DNA of 64,000 bases from Candidatus Omnitrophota bacterium (GCA_030681595.1 JAUXSB010000012.1:9377-73376); one strand, 5' to 3'. Shown: positions 27,617-37,190, numbered from the stretch's first letter. Notes: a model not told the origin generated them from the letters alone. Numbers and translations are program-made.

Positions 27617-27711
27617 ATGTTGTTTATTATACAGCAGGCATAATGCCCATTCAATAGACAAATTTATTTTCGCATGCTATAATTACAGTCTAATGAATTT
27701 GTGCTGGGCGT

Positions 27712-27816
27712 GCCCCGTTAGAAATTTCTGCCGGAATTGGTAGTTTAAGATACAAGGTGGTATTTTTAATAAGGCGCGCATAATATAAAGCCGTGTTTGA
27801 AATTTCTAACGGGGCG
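27712..27816. repeat. Rep-C element: about 105 bp bounded by inverted repeats CCCCGTTAGAAATTTC / GAAATTTCTAACGGGG; the right arm overlaps the 5' end of tRNA-Pro
   Basis: Read directly. The same terminal inverted repeats bound elements at 36829, 38281 and 57784. Confidence 0.75.
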
Positions 27817-27884
27817 TGGCTCAGTTTGGCTAGAGCGTCTGCTTTGGGAGCAGAAGGTCACAGGTTCAAGTCCTGTCGCCCCGA
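27810..27884 (+). tRNA. tRNA-Pro (anticodon UGG), followed by an encoded CCA
   Basis: Hand fold: acceptor CGGGGCG/CGCCCCG, anticodon loop TTTGGGA, T-loop TTCAAGT. Confidence 0.8.
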
Positions 27885-27902
27885 CCAAATTAAAAAATAT
27901 TT

Positions 27903-27976
27903 GTCCCTGTAGCTCAGTTGGAGAGAGCATTTGCCTTCTAAGCAAATGGCCGCGTGTTCGAATCACGCCAGGGACG
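27903..27976 (+). tRNA. tRNA-Arg (anticodon UCU)
   Basis: Hand fold: acceptor GTCCCTG/CAGGGAC, anticodon loop CTTCTAA, T-loop TTCGAAT. Confidence 0.8.
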
Positions 27977-28147
27977 ATAGCTGTTGTGTTGGCCGAATCC
28001 CTTCCTGCAGGCAGGGATTCGGCCCGGGCGCGTTAAGTAAAATCTGCCAACTGGCGTTTTCCCGCTAACGGGATCCCACTGTTGCGGGAAGAATTTTGGT
28101 AATGTCGCAAATACTTTTGCGGCGTAAATATCACGCGAGGCTAAAAA

Positions 28148-29287
28148 ATGAAAATCCTAAAAAAAATTTTTCTGATATTCATCGCGGCCTTTATTGTAAT
28201 CTTCTGCGTTGGATGTGTTTTTGTTTCTATCTTTGCCAAAAATATTATCAAGGCCGAGATAGAAAAACAGCTTAAAACCGAGGCTAGTGTCCGCTCTGTA
28301 TGGCTAAGCCCGCCTCTTTCGTTAAACATTGGGGGTTTTACTTTAGGCGATTTAGCAGAAATAGAAAAAATCAGCGTTACCCCAAGCTTTATCGGGCTTC
28401 TTTCCGGAAAAATCGTCTTAAACAATATTGCGCTCATCCGTCCACAGATTAACTTAGAAAGAAAAACCGACGGTACTTTCAATCTCCCACAATTACCTCG
28501 GGGCGGGGAAAATCCGGTAATTATCACCGGGTTTTTTATAAAAGATGGTGCGGTTTCGGTGACGGATAAAAAAGTGTCAGATGAGCCGTTTTCTTTTACC
28601 ATAAAGGATATCAATATTAAGGTTGAAAAAGGCAGCCCTCTCCCTTACCCACTTACCATAAAATACGCCTTAAGCGCTCTCTTGCCGGCTAGAACCGGGC
28701 TAAAAGAAGGAAAGGTTAGCGGCGCGGGGTTAATCGACTGGACGCATAAAAATATGCAGGGAGATTTTAAAATTTCCGATATTGACGTATTATTGTTTAA
28801 GCCGTATCTCGGCGATATTGTTTCGTCAGTAATACCGCCTGAGGCCGCGCAGGCGAATTTTAACGCGGATTTATCCGCGAAAAATAACGACTTATTGATA
28901 AAATGTAATTTTAAAGCAACGCCATTGACCGCGCTAAAAGAAGCCGCAGAAGCAGACCAACTGAAAGGAATTGAAGGAGCAGTGATAATGCTAGGTCTCG
29001 GCCTGGTAAAAAATAACCAAAATGAAGTCAACCTGGAGTTTGATATAAAAACCAAGCTGGATAATCCGCGTTTTGATAAAATCACCCTTAAGGGCAGCGT
29101 ATTCCAGAATATTTTACAAAACGCGCTTGAAAATCCTGAAAAAGTAACGGATACCGTTAAAAGTATCGGCGAGCAGATTAAAGAGCAAGTCAAAAAAATA
29201 GACGAGGGAGATATTCAACAGTTCAAAGAAAAAGGCAAAGAATTAGAAAAGACATTCAAGGCGATTTTTAAAAACAGTGAGGAATAA
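28148..29287 (+). CDS. Membrane-anchored protein of unknown function (379 aa); AsmA-N-like
   Basis: N-terminal transmembrane helix, then a beta-rich body. Weak resemblance to the N-terminal region of the AsmA family. Confidence 0.4.
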   Translation: MKILKKIFLIFIAAFIVIFCVGCVFVSIFAKNIIKAEIEKQLKTEASVRSVWLSPPLSLNIGGFTLGDLAEIEKISVTPSFIGLLSGKIVLNNIALIRPQINLERKTDGTFNLPQLPRGGENPVIITGFFIKDGAVSVTDKKVSDEPFSFTIKDINIKVEKGSPLPYPLTIKYALSALLPARTGLKEGKVSGAGLIDWTHKNMQGDFKISDIDVLLFKPYLGDIVSSVIPPEAAQANFNADLSAKNNDLLIKCNFKATPLTALKEAAEADQLKGIEGAVIMLGLGLVKNNQNEVNLEFDIKTKLDNPRFDKITLKGSVFQNILQNALENPEKVTDTVKSIGEQIKEQVKKIDEGDIQQFKEKGKELEKTFKAIFKNSEE

Positions 29288-29337
29288 TTTTTTCTTGCCA
29301 CTGTGAACTGTTCGCTGTAAACTGTAAACTTATACAT

Positions 29338-29412
29338 GGTGGCTATGGTGTAATGGCAGCACTGGGGACTGTGGTTCCCTTAGAGCGGGTTCAAATCCCG
29401 TTAGCCACCCCA
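29338..29412 (+). tRNA. tRNA-His (anticodon GUG) with an encoded G-1 and CCA
   Basis: G-1 pairs with C73. Acceptor GTGGCTA/TAGCCAC, anticodon loop CTGTGGT. Confidence 0.8.
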
Positions 29413-29449
29413 GCAAATTCTCTCTCCTAGCTAAATGAGAACGGCCAAA

Positions 29450-29489
29450 AGTCCTGATTGAGTTGAAATCAATCAGGACTTTTTCTTTG
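29450..29489 (+). terminator. Rho-independent terminator downstream of tRNA-His
   Basis: 12-bp stem AGTCCTGATTGA / TCAATCAGGACT followed by TTTTTCTTT. Confidence 0.75.
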
Positions 29490-29646
29490 TATTGCTGACT
29501 TGCGCATAAGTAGTTGCGGCCTTATTGTAAATTCGTTGCAGGCGTGAAATTGGAGAGTATAATAACATATCATAATGATAGAGTCTTGGGATGCTTATTG
29601 AGAAACGTAAAACCAATGGAACGGTCCCCCTTTTTCGTCTAAAAAA

Positions 29647-31044
29647 ATGTTTAGAATAGGCTTTCTTCAATGTCAGATTGTCAAGGAATTGCCTCATATG
29701 AATATGCCTCTTTTTGTTGATGATATAAAGGCTCTTGGGTGTAGTTTTGAGTGCATTTGCGCGGCCCGCAATAAATTAAGGGATTTAATCAAATACATAA
29801 AGAAAAGGCGATTTGATTTGATCGCAGTAGATTATACTTTTCCGGTATTGTTCCTTAACGAATTAAAAAAGTTATTTCCCAAAAGTAAATTTGTTATAGG
29901 AGGAAACGGATTTTTGGATACCTTTTTAAAGAGTGCAATAGATTTTGCTGTAATTGGAGCGGGGAGGGAAAGCTTTTTAAAATTAGCGGAAGCCTTAAAA
30001 AATAAAAATGATGTATCTGGAATCCCCAATTTGTTTTTTAGAATAAAGAAAAACAATAGAACGATTATAGATTACTCCGGCAAAAATGTGAATTTTGATT
30101 TAAAGAGGGAACTATTCCCGTATAGGCCATTTCTTAAATGGAAATACATCGGGTTTACAAGAAAGGACAAGGTCGTTGATCCACCCGCAATTATTGCAGA
30201 ATTCGGGTGTGCCTACCGATCTAGAAAATTAAATCATAGTTATGATAATCTCTCCGAAATAGTATTGAGCAGGAATACATTTTCAGCGAAAGCAAGGAAG
30301 AGAATTATGGATTTATTTAAGGAGCGCCTGCGCGGGGGGTGCAGTTTTTGTACGTGTCCCGGCAGGCATGTTTTTTTGCCCGTTAAAGAGACGGTTGCCT
30401 GTTTGATAGAGCAGGCCAAATTTTTGCAAAAAACATATGGATTTAAAAGTTTTGTGATCGGAAGCGAGAATCCGTTTAGATTTATTGAGCAACTGATTCA
30501 CAAAATAGTGAAAGAAAATATTAACCTAGAGATATTGGCTATACGCAGCAGGGTGGATTGGGTTAACAAAAACAAAAGAACATTGCTTAAAGTAGTAGGT
30601 TTAGCTAAAAAAAATAATTTTGCGATTAGCCTGCAACAATTAGGATTTGAGAGTTTTATTCAAAGCGATCTTGATGCGTATAATAAAGGATATAAGATAA
30701 TTGAAAATTTTAAGGCGGTGGAATTAATACGTAAACTTAAAAGTACTGCGCCGAGAAATTTTCAAGATGGGGGGCATGGTTTCATTGGTATTAACCCTTG
30801 GATAACGCTACGGGATTTGGAAAAGTATTGTGCATCGGCGAAACATATGCAATTCCTATTTGACTTATATCATTTCGGCAATGGTTTGGTTTTATACGAT
30901 AGCTGTCTGCCTATTTATCAGAAATTAAAAAAAGATGGGCTATTGATTAAGCATAAAACCGATTTAGACCGTTGGAGATTTAAAGATAAAAATATATTGC
31001 GCTTTATTAACGATTTTCATAACGAGTTTGGTGATAAAAGATAG
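29647..31044 (+). CDS. Hypothetical protein with a B12-binding-like N-terminal region and a non-canonical Cys triad (CSFCTC)
   Basis: Rossmann-like DLIAVDYTFPVLFLN...FVIGGNGF. GGCSFCTCPG does not match the radical SAM CX3CX2C motif. The start may be the Met at 29698. Confidence 0.35.
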   Translation: MFRIGFLQCQIVKELPHMNMPLFVDDIKALGCSFECICAARNKLRDLIKYIKKRRFDLIAVDYTFPVLFLNELKKLFPKSKFVIGGNGFLDTFLKSAIDFAVIGAGRESFLKLAEALKNKNDVSGIPNLFFRIKKNNRTIIDYSGKNVNFDLKRELFPYRPFLKWKYIGFTRKDKVVDPPAIIAEFGCAYRSRKLNHSYDNLSEIVLSRNTFSAKARKRIMDLFKERLRGGCSFCTCPGRHVFLPVKETVACLIEQAKFLQKTYGFKSFVIGSENPFRFIEQLIHKIVKENINLEILAIRSRVDWVNKNKRTLLKVVGLAKKNNFAISLQQLGFESFIQSDLDAYNKGYKIIENFKAVELIRKLKSTAPRNFQDGGHGFIGINPWITLRDLEKYCASAKHMQFLFDLYHFGNGLVLYDSCLPIYQKLKKDGLLIKHKTDLDRWRFKDKNILRFINDFHNEFGDKR

Positions 31045-31067
31045 ATAAAAAATTTTATAGACATGAG

Positions 31068-32378
31068 TTATAACAAACTAATCCCGGCCCCCTTGCGCAC
31101 ATTTCGAGGATGCATGGCTTTATAAGCCTTTGCAACCGTAATAATATCGCGCCGCTTCATCTGCTCCGTCACAAAATCAGTTCCTGGCGAAAGGTACAAC
31201 GGCCGGCGCTTTTTTAAAAGACGTATCCCGTAGCGAAGAGGAGCATCAGCAATATCAGTGCCAAAAAAAAGGTGGAGCTGCTGGCCGGCGGAATTCCCCA
31301 TGATCTTTATCCCCAGCCGTTTTAAGAAATCCAGCGTTTTAAAACAAGACTCCGTATTCTGTCCAGGCAAACCATAGAGCGTAAAAACCTCAGGCTCTAT
31401 CCCCACCTCACGTGTAAGCTTTACAATTTTCTCGAAACTATCCAGATCAATGGGTTTACGTAAAGTTTTATTAACGCAAGGATCGGCTGACTCAAGTCCA
31501 TAGGCGATATATCTAACGCCTGCCTTTGCCATGATCGCTAATAGTGGCCGGTCGATAAGGTCCGCGCGAGTCTCGCACCATATCTCAACTTTCCAGCGCC
31601 TTTTGATAATGCCGCGCATGATCGAGGCAACTCGTTTTTTGTCAAAAGTAAACGAGGGATCTGCAAAGAAAAATCTCCTGATGCGCGACTCGACACAGAT
31701 AGACATATCAGCAAGTACTCGCCGGGGAGAATGCATCCGGATGCGTCGTTCATACGCGCGGGGAGTATAGCAGAAAGCGCAGTTAAAACAGCAGCCTCGG
31801 GAAGTCAGAATCACTGCCGCTTCATGCTGGCGCAAATCAAATACGTTAAAGGCATACGGTGAAGGAAGAGAATCAAGATCACTCACGAGTGGCGCAGGTA
31901 AAGTTTCGATCACCGTATCACGCCGCATAAAAACAATGCCCTTAATACGGGCGGGATCGGAATTGGCAATTATACAACGCACTAACGCAGGCAATACAAA
32001 TTCAGCCTCTCTGCGTATAATAATATCAACCTCGCGCATCTGCCGCAGAGCTTCTTTAGGCATGAAGCCCGCCTGAGGGCCACCAAAAACCACTACGATC
32101 GCGGGATTAATCATCTTCACAAGCCGCGCCAACTGCAGCGCAAGTTTTATATTAGCTTGATACACGGAAAAACCAACGATCAGCGGCTTGTAGGTAATTA
32201 CAAAATTCGCAACTTCCTGTCCGGTACGTTTGGTAATCTGATTAACCTCGGCAACCACCGCTTCAATATCATGCGCCTTAAGACTAGCGGCAATGTAACC
32301 AAGGGAAACAGGAAAAAAGTCTCCGCCGGAAGGCGCAAGGGTGTACAACAATACTCTAGGTTTCATGAAACGCTTCAC
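31068..32378 (-). CDS. B12-binding radical SAM protein (436 aa)
   Basis: N-terminal cobalamin-binding-like domain. Canonical radical SAM motif LTSRGCCFNCAFCYTP (C-x3-C-x2-C). Confidence 0.75.
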   Translation of the reverse strand: MKRFMKPRVLLYTLAPSGGDFFPVSLGYIAASLKAHDIEAVVAEVNQITKRTGQEVANFVITYKPLIVGFSVYQANIKLALQLARLVKMINPAIVVVFGGPQAGFMPKEALRQMREVDIIIRREAEFVLPALVRCIIANSDPARIKGIVFMRRDTVIETLPAPLVSDLDSLPSPYAFNVFDLRQHEAAVILTSRGCCFNCAFCYTPRAYERRIRMHSPRRVLADMSICVESRIRRFFFADPSFTFDKKRVASIMRGIIKRRWKVEIWCETRADLIDRPLLAIMAKAGVRYIAYGLESADPCVNKTLRKPIDLDSFEKIVKLTREVGIEPEVFTLYGLPGQNTESCFKTLDFLKRLGIKIMGNSAGQQLHLFFGTDIADAPLRYGIRLLKKRRPLYLSPGTDFVTEQMKRRDIITVAKAYKAMHPRNVRKGAGISLL

Positions 32379-32424
32379 GCCTGACAGTCCCTTAAGAGAA
32401 TAGGCTAATTTTTCGAAAAAATTT

Positions 32425-34314
32425 CTATTCTGATAATTCCTCTAAATACTCCCATCGCTCGTATGCCTTTTCAAGTTCATTTGACAAAAATTCTAACCTA
32501 GCCTTGGTTTTTGCGATTTCCGCGGAATCTTTCTGGTAAAAATTAAAATCAGCCAAAAGAGCGTATATCTCTTTCTGTTCAGCTTCTATTTTCTCAATTA
32601 GCGACGTAAAGTTATCGAGTTCGCGTTGCTCGCCAGACGTAAGCTTTCGCGCGACTATAGAAATTTTGGGCCGAATAATTTCTTTTACAGGTTTTGCTTT
32701 TACAAGCGCTGGCGTCACAGGTTTTCGCTGGCTTAACCAATCATCATAACCGCCGGTATATTCATTGATCAAGCCGTCTCCTTCAAGGACCATGGTCGAG
32801 GTCACCACATTATTAAGAAAAACCCGGTCATGACTGACCAAAAGAAGCGTGCCGGGATACTCAAGCAGTAATTCTTCCAATAGCTCAAGGGTCTCAATAT
32901 CCAGATCATTGGTAGGCTCATCCATTACTAAAACATTCGAAGGCTTGGAAAAAAGCCGCGCAAGAAAAAGGCGGTTACGTTCCCCGCCCGACAGAACCTT
33001 TGCCGGTGTGCGCGCCCTGTCAGGAGTAAAAAGAAAATCCTGCAAATATCCGATTATATGTTTGGGCTTACCATTAATCAGAATAGTTTCGGATTCTCCG
33101 TTAACATTCTCGGCAACGGTTTTGTCTTCCTCCAATTGTTCGCGAAGCTGGTCATAATAAGCGATCGCAAGATTCGTCCCCATGCTTACCTTGCCTCTAA
33201 GAGGCGCAAGTGTACCCAACAAGAGACGCAACAATGTCGTCTTGCCGCTGCCGTTAGGCCCGATCACACCGATTTTGTCACCACGCATTATTTGAGTGGT
33301 TAAATCCCTGACCAAACATTTTTCTCCATACCCAAAACCAAGTTGTGAGATCTTAATAACCCGATGGCCCGAAGGGTCAACTTTCTGTGTGCGCATACGA
33401 ACCTGGCCGATCGCCTTGCGCTCGGCCTTCTTTTCTTCTCTCAAGCGCTCCAGCGCCTTAACACGGCCTTCGCTACGGCACCGCCGGGCCTTGACACCTT
33501 TACGGATCCAAATCTCTTCTTGGGCTAACTTTTTATCAAAATGATCCCCGCGCGCGTCCTCGATATCGAGCGCTGCAAGTTTGCGCTCAAGGAATGTCTT
33601 ATAATCACATGACCAGCTAAATATTTTTCCGCGGTCAAGTTCAAGGATTCTCGTAGCTATTCGAGTCATAAACATCCTGTCATGTGTAACAAAAAAAACA
33701 GTACCGGGGTAATTAAACAAAAATCCTTCAAGCCAGAGCATTGAGTCAATATCCAAATGGTTTGTCGGCTCATCCAGCAGTAAAACCTCCGGCTTAAGCA
33801 CCAGCGCCCTGGCCAAAAGCGCCCTGCGTTTTTGGCCGCCGGATAACCGGGCAAAATCACTGTCCGGATCAAGTTTCATCTTTGTAATAACCTCTTCGAC
33901 CTGATTATTCACATCCCAGCTATCGGTATGATTAAGCTTGTCTTGCAACACATCAAGCTGTCTTAATAATTCCGGAGACTGTTGCGTTTGCAGACGATGA
34001 GTAAGATGATGATGCTGGCTTAATAGTTCGGCGCGTAACCCAAGTCCCGAGAGAACTATATCAAAAACAGTTCCCGTAATATCGACGGGTACTTCCTGCG
34101 GCAGGCGGGCAACCTGAATTCCTTTTTGCACAATAACTTTGCCGCCGTCAACCTGCTGCTGGCCGCTCATCACCTTCATTAAGGTCGTTTTTCCCGCGCC
34201 ATTACGGCCCAAGAGAGCGATCCGTTCCGCAGGCTCCAACTGCAAGTTTAAGCAATCGAAAATAAGCGGCCCGCTAAACGCAAGATTAATTTCCTGTAAA
34301 CTGATTAACGCCAT
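32425..34314 (-). CDS. ABC-F family ATPase (two ABC domains, no transmembrane domain; Uup/YheS-like)
   Basis: Two Walker A motifs (GRNGAGKTT, GPNGSGKTT) and two ABC signature motifs (LSGGQKRR, LSGGERNR). A coiled-coil C-terminus. Confidence 0.85.
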   Translation of the reverse strand: MALISLQEINLAFSGPLIFDCLNLQLEPAERIALLGRNGAGKTTLMKVMSGQQQVDGGKVIVQKGIQVARLPQEVPVDITGTVFDIVLSGLGLRAELLSQHHHLTHRLQTQQSPELLRQLDVLQDKLNHTDSWDVNNQVEEVITKMKLDPDSDFARLSGGQKRRALLARALVLKPEVLLLDEPTNHLDIDSMLWLEGFLFNYPGTVFFVTHDRMFMTRIATRILELDRGKIFSWSCDYKTFLERKLAALDIEDARGDHFDKKLAQEEIWIRKGVKARRCRSEGRVKALERLREEKKAERKAIGQVRMRTQKVDPSGHRVIKISQLGFGYGEKCLVRDLTTQIMRGDKIGVIGPNGSGKTTLLRLLLGTLAPLRGKVSMGTNLAIAYYDQLREQLEEDKTVAENVNGESETILINGKPKHIIGYLQDFLFTPDRARTPAKVLSGGERNRLFLARLFSKPSNVLVMDEPTNDLDIETLELLEELLLEYPGTLLLVSHDRVFLNNVVTSTMVLEGDGLINEYTGGYDDWLSQRKPVTPALVKAKPVKEIIRPKISIVARKLTSGEQRELDNFTSLIEKIEAEQKEIYALLADFNFYQKDSAEIAKTKARLEFLSNELEKAYERWEYLEELSE

Positions 34315-34332
34315 TTTGTAACAAACCTTTTT

Positions 34333-34421
34333 ATGGCTTTGGCTATATTGAAAGCCAAACCACTGCCCTCTGGCTTATGGCTTTGGCTATATTGAAAGCC
34401 AAACCATTGCCTTACCGGCTT
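34333..34421. repeat. Rep-A: two tandem units in the opposite orientation (ATGGCTTTGGCTATATTGAAAGCCAAACCA...)
   Basis: Read directly. Unit b is a 46/49 match to the reverse complement of 12061-12112, which lies inside the putative transposase CDS. Confidence 0.85.
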
Positions 34422-34687
34422 ATTGTTATAAGGGATTAAGAAAAGCAGATCATATGGAAAGATTGCCGTGCTAAAATTTTCATTATGTGTATCATTATAC
34501 CTTAAATTATGGTTTTTGTATAGGATTGAATGTCATGGCGAATTGACTCACATTAAATCTAACCCGAAATATTTTATACGGGTATCGTTGACTAATAATA
34601 AATAACTTGCAGAAAGCGGTTGTTTGAAGTAAAATCTTTAATTACGTGGTACCCGCGGTATCATAAGCGGGATTAACACCCAAACCT

Positions 34688-34772
34688 ATGGCTTTGGCTA
34701 TATTGAAAGCCAAACCACTGCCCTCTGGCTTGTGGCTTTGGCTAAAGGAAGCCAAACCATGGCCTTCTGGCC
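34688..34772. repeat. Rep-A: two to three further tandem units
   Basis: Read directly; the units partly alternate between the two orientations of the family. Confidence 0.8.
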
Positions 34773-34814
34773 TATCGGATGGTTTGGTGTAAGCTCGTGC
34801 TTAAGGAGAATATT

Positions 34815-34970
34815 ATGGCTAGAGATAATTATTCATTTAAAAAGCATCAGAAAGAATTGGACAGGAAAAAAAAGACAGAGGCAAAGAAACAAAAAAAACT
34901 GGAGAAAAAAGCGATGGAGGCCACGCCTGAGTCTGGGCAGATCCCCAATGACCAGGCCGCCTTAGAATAA
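34815..34970 (+). CDS. Small, highly basic Lys/Glu-rich protein (51 aa)
   Basis: A strong AAGGAG ribosome-binding site 7 nt before the ATG. MARDNYSFKKHQKELDRKKKTEAKKQKKLEKK... Confidence 0.5.
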   Translation: MARDNYSFKKHQKELDRKKKTEAKKQKKLEKKAMEATPESGQIPNDQAALE

Positions 34971-35094
34971 AGAAATACTTACAATCTTTTTTAAAAGCCC
35001 TATAATCATAACTTAATGCTAAATTTTTAGCGGAGATAACACCTGGCGCTAATCGGAATTGCGCCGGTGTTGTGTCTGTACACAAGGAGGAAAC

Positions 35095-35259
35095 ATGGGA
35101 TATCAGGGTGGTGGTGGTGGATTCGGCGGGCCACGGGAGATGCACAAGGCTGTTTGCTCGGAGTGCAAGAAAGAGTGCGAAGTCCCGTTTAAACCAAGAG
35201 ATGATCGTCCGATATACTGCAAGGATTGTTATTCAAAGCGCAAGAACGAAGGCCGTTAA
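35095..35259 (+). CDS. Small zinc-ribbon protein (54 aa) with a Gly-rich N-terminus and a CxxC...CxxC motif
   Basis: AAGGAGG ribosome-binding site. MGYQGGGGGFGGPREMHKAVCSECKKECEVPFKPRDDRPIYCKDCYSKRK. Confidence 0.55.
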   Translation: MGYQGGGGGFGGPREMHKAVCSECKKECEVPFKPRDDRPIYCKDCYSKRKNEGR

Positions 35260-35511
35260 ATAGCTATCAATTGCTTCAAATGCAAGCAGAAGAATGCTTG
35301 TTGCGATTTTGGGGTATGGGTCGATAGAGGCTATGCGCTATTCACAAAGTCGACTATGATTTGAAGCCGGCTCGCTGTAAAGAATTCCCGGACAAAAACG
35401 GGAAATTGTCGCCGTTTGAGGACGTATTATGTATACTAGTTAAATCAATCCTTCGACTTCGCTCAGGATTGATGGTGAGCGCAGTCGAACCATCAAAAAG
35501 AAAGACGCATA

Positions 35512-36600
35512 TTGATGAATAGTGAATTCAGGAATTTAGATATCGGGGATTTGAGGATCGAGATCCCTATTATTCAGGGTGGTATGGGCGTACGGGTTTC
35601 CTCATTCGGCCTGGCTTCGGCAGTATCCAATGAGGGCGGGCTGGGTGTTATAGCCGCCGTAGGCCTTGGTGAAGAAGGAAATGTGGTGGGCAGTGACTAC
35701 GTCGTGCGCTCACGCAGCGCTCTTGTAGACGCAATCAGAAAGACGCGCGCGCTGACCAATAAGCCTTTCGGGGTCAATATTATGTGTGCGCTTACAAATT
35801 ATGAAGATCTGGTAGATGCCGCACAGGAAGAGTCGGTAGATGTGATAATTTCAGGTGCCGGGCTTCCGCTTAAACTGCCTTTTTTAGTTAAGAATAAAGA
35901 GACCAAACTCGTACCAATTGTATCTTCCGCCAGGGCAACCAAATTAATCTGTAGTGTTTGGCAGAGAAGATATAATCGTCTGCCTGATGCCATAGTGGTG
36001 GAAGGCCCTTTAGCCGGCGGCCACTTGGGGTACAGCATGGAAGAGCTGGGTGATAAGAAAAATGTTTACCTTGATAAAATCCTAAGTGAGGTATTGTTAG
36101 TTGTTAAAGACTTTGAAAGTCCCGCGCACAAAATCCCGGTAGTTGCCGCAGGAGGAATTTTTGACGGCGAAGATATTGCCAGGGTTATACGTTTAGGGGC
36201 TGGCGGCGTGCAAATGGCTACCAGATTTGTCTGCACTTATGAGTGTGACGCGGCCGATAACTATAAAAAAACGTATTTATCGGCCAAAGAAGAAGATATT
36301 GTGATTATCCAAAGCCCGGTAGGAATGCCGGGAAGGGTTATCATTAACGAATTTGTCAAAGGGATACTAAGGGGCGAGCGTGTTGATTTCGGTTGTGCAT
36401 ATAAATGTTTGTCTACCTGTGACCCTCTAAAGGTTAATTATTGTATTGCAAAGGCGTTGTTTAATGCCGCGCGCGGGCAGATGGATAAAGGATTTGCTAT
36501 GTGCGGCAGCAATGCCTATCGCATCAATAAGATTGTTTCGGTAAAAGAGCTTTTCCTTGAGCTTGTGGAAAGAGCGCGTCTCTCATTAAAAAGGCTATGA
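35512..36600 (+). CDS. NAD(P)H-dependent flavin oxidoreductase of the nitronate monooxygenase / FabK enoyl-ACP reductase II family
   Basis: IPIIQGGMGVRVSSFGLASAVSNEGGLGVIA, and a TIM-barrel FMN-binding pattern. Confidence 0.75.
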   Translation: MMNSEFRNLDIGDLRIEIPIIQGGMGVRVSSFGLASAVSNEGGLGVIAAVGLGEEGNVVGSDYVVRSRSALVDAIRKTRALTNKPFGVNIMCALTNYEDLVDAAQEESVDVIISGAGLPLKLPFLVKNKETKLVPIVSSARATKLICSVWQRRYNRLPDAIVVEGPLAGGHLGYSMEELGDKKNVYLDKILSEVLLVVKDFESPAHKIPVVAAGGIFDGEDIARVIRLGAGGVQMATRFVCTYECDAADNYKKTYLSAKEEDIVIIQSPVGMPGRVIINEFVKGILRGERVDFGCAYKCLSTCDPLKVNYCIAKALFNAARGQMDKGFAMCGSNAYRINKIVSVKELFLELVERARLSLKRL

Positions 36601-36713
36601 CCTCGTCGAAGGCCTGAAGAGGAACATCGGCGAATGCCGATGCGGAGGAAAAAAATCCCCTCACCCGCCCCATATTATAGTCCGTATCAAAAAATAGAAA
36701 ATCCAAATTTTAG

Positions 36714-36742
36714 TTGACATTTTAAGAAAAGGTAGTATACTT
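36714..36742 (+). promoter_or_regulatory. Sigma70-like promoter: TTGACA, a 17-bp spacer, then TATACT
   Basis: Read directly. Lies about 180 nt upstream of cspA. Confidence 0.5.
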
Positions 36743-36774
36743 ATTTACGTAGTAAATAAAGATTAGAAATCGGA

Positions 36775-36816
36775 AACCGTAAGGGAAAGAAGACTAACCT
36801 TTACGGTTTTTTGTTC
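36775..36816 (+). terminator. Intrinsic-terminator-like hairpin plus T-run about 30 nt downstream of the promoter; possible attenuator or short leader RNA
   Basis: Stem AACCGTAAGG / CCTTTACGGTT followed by TTTTTTGTT. Confidence 0.45.
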
Positions 36817-36828
36817 GGCCATTATTTA

Positions 36829-36883
36829 CCCCGTTAGCAATATCAATGTCTAGCAGGTAATGACGGCGAAGATTTCTAACGGG
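36829..36883. repeat. Rep-C element, short form (CCCCGTTAGCAATAT...GATTTCTAACGGG)
   Basis: Read directly, in the cspA leader. Confidence 0.65.
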
Positions 36884-36919
36884 ATTTACTATAATTCTTC
36901 TGGAAGGAGGTAGTAAGTA

Positions 36920-37120
36920 ATGGCAAAAGGAACAGTAAAATGGTTCAGCAATCAGAAAGGTTATGGATTCATCACCCCTGAAAACGGTAAAGATGTATTT
37001 GTGCATCATACCGCAATTCAGGGTGACGGCTATAAGTCTTTAGAGGAAGGCCAACAAGTCGAGTTTGAAATCGAAAAAGGCCCTAAAGGCGAACAAGCTA
37101 CAAACGTAGTAAAATTATAA
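36920..37120 (+). CDS. cspA: Cold-shock protein, CspA family
   Basis: [34 protein letters not shown] contains the RNP1/RNP2 motifs. A strong GGAAGGAGG ribosome-binding site precedes it. Confidence 0.95.
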   Translation: MAKGTVKWFSNQKGYGFITPENGKDVFVHHTAIQGDGYKSLEEGQQVEFEIEKGPKGEQATNVVKL

Positions 37121-37134
37121 CCTAAAGCAAATAC

Positions 37135-37173
37135 AAGGCCCGGTGTCGAAGTGACACCGGGCCTTTACTTTTT
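37135..37173. terminator. Bidirectional rho-independent terminator between cspA and the convergent mazG-like gene
   Basis: GGCCCGGTGTC GAAG TGACACCGGGCC stem with T-runs on both strands. Confidence 0.8.
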
Positions 37174-37190
37174 CTACCCAGATTTTGCCC

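Noticed and set aside
27728-27799. tRNA-like fragment GCCGGAATTGGTAG inside the Rep-C element before tRNA-Pro.
   Set aside because: It cannot be folded into a cloverleaf. Probably a coincidental match or a degraded fragment.
27766-28036. ORFs 27766-27966 (minus) and 27797-28036 (plus).
   Set aside because: They overlap the tRNA-Pro and tRNA-Arg genes. Spurious.
35263-35511. Several small hairpins upstream of the NMO/FabK-family gene, considered as a riboswitch.
   Set aside because: No recognisable riboswitch consensus. The hairpins are short and could be a terminator for the upstream small gene. Not enough evidence.
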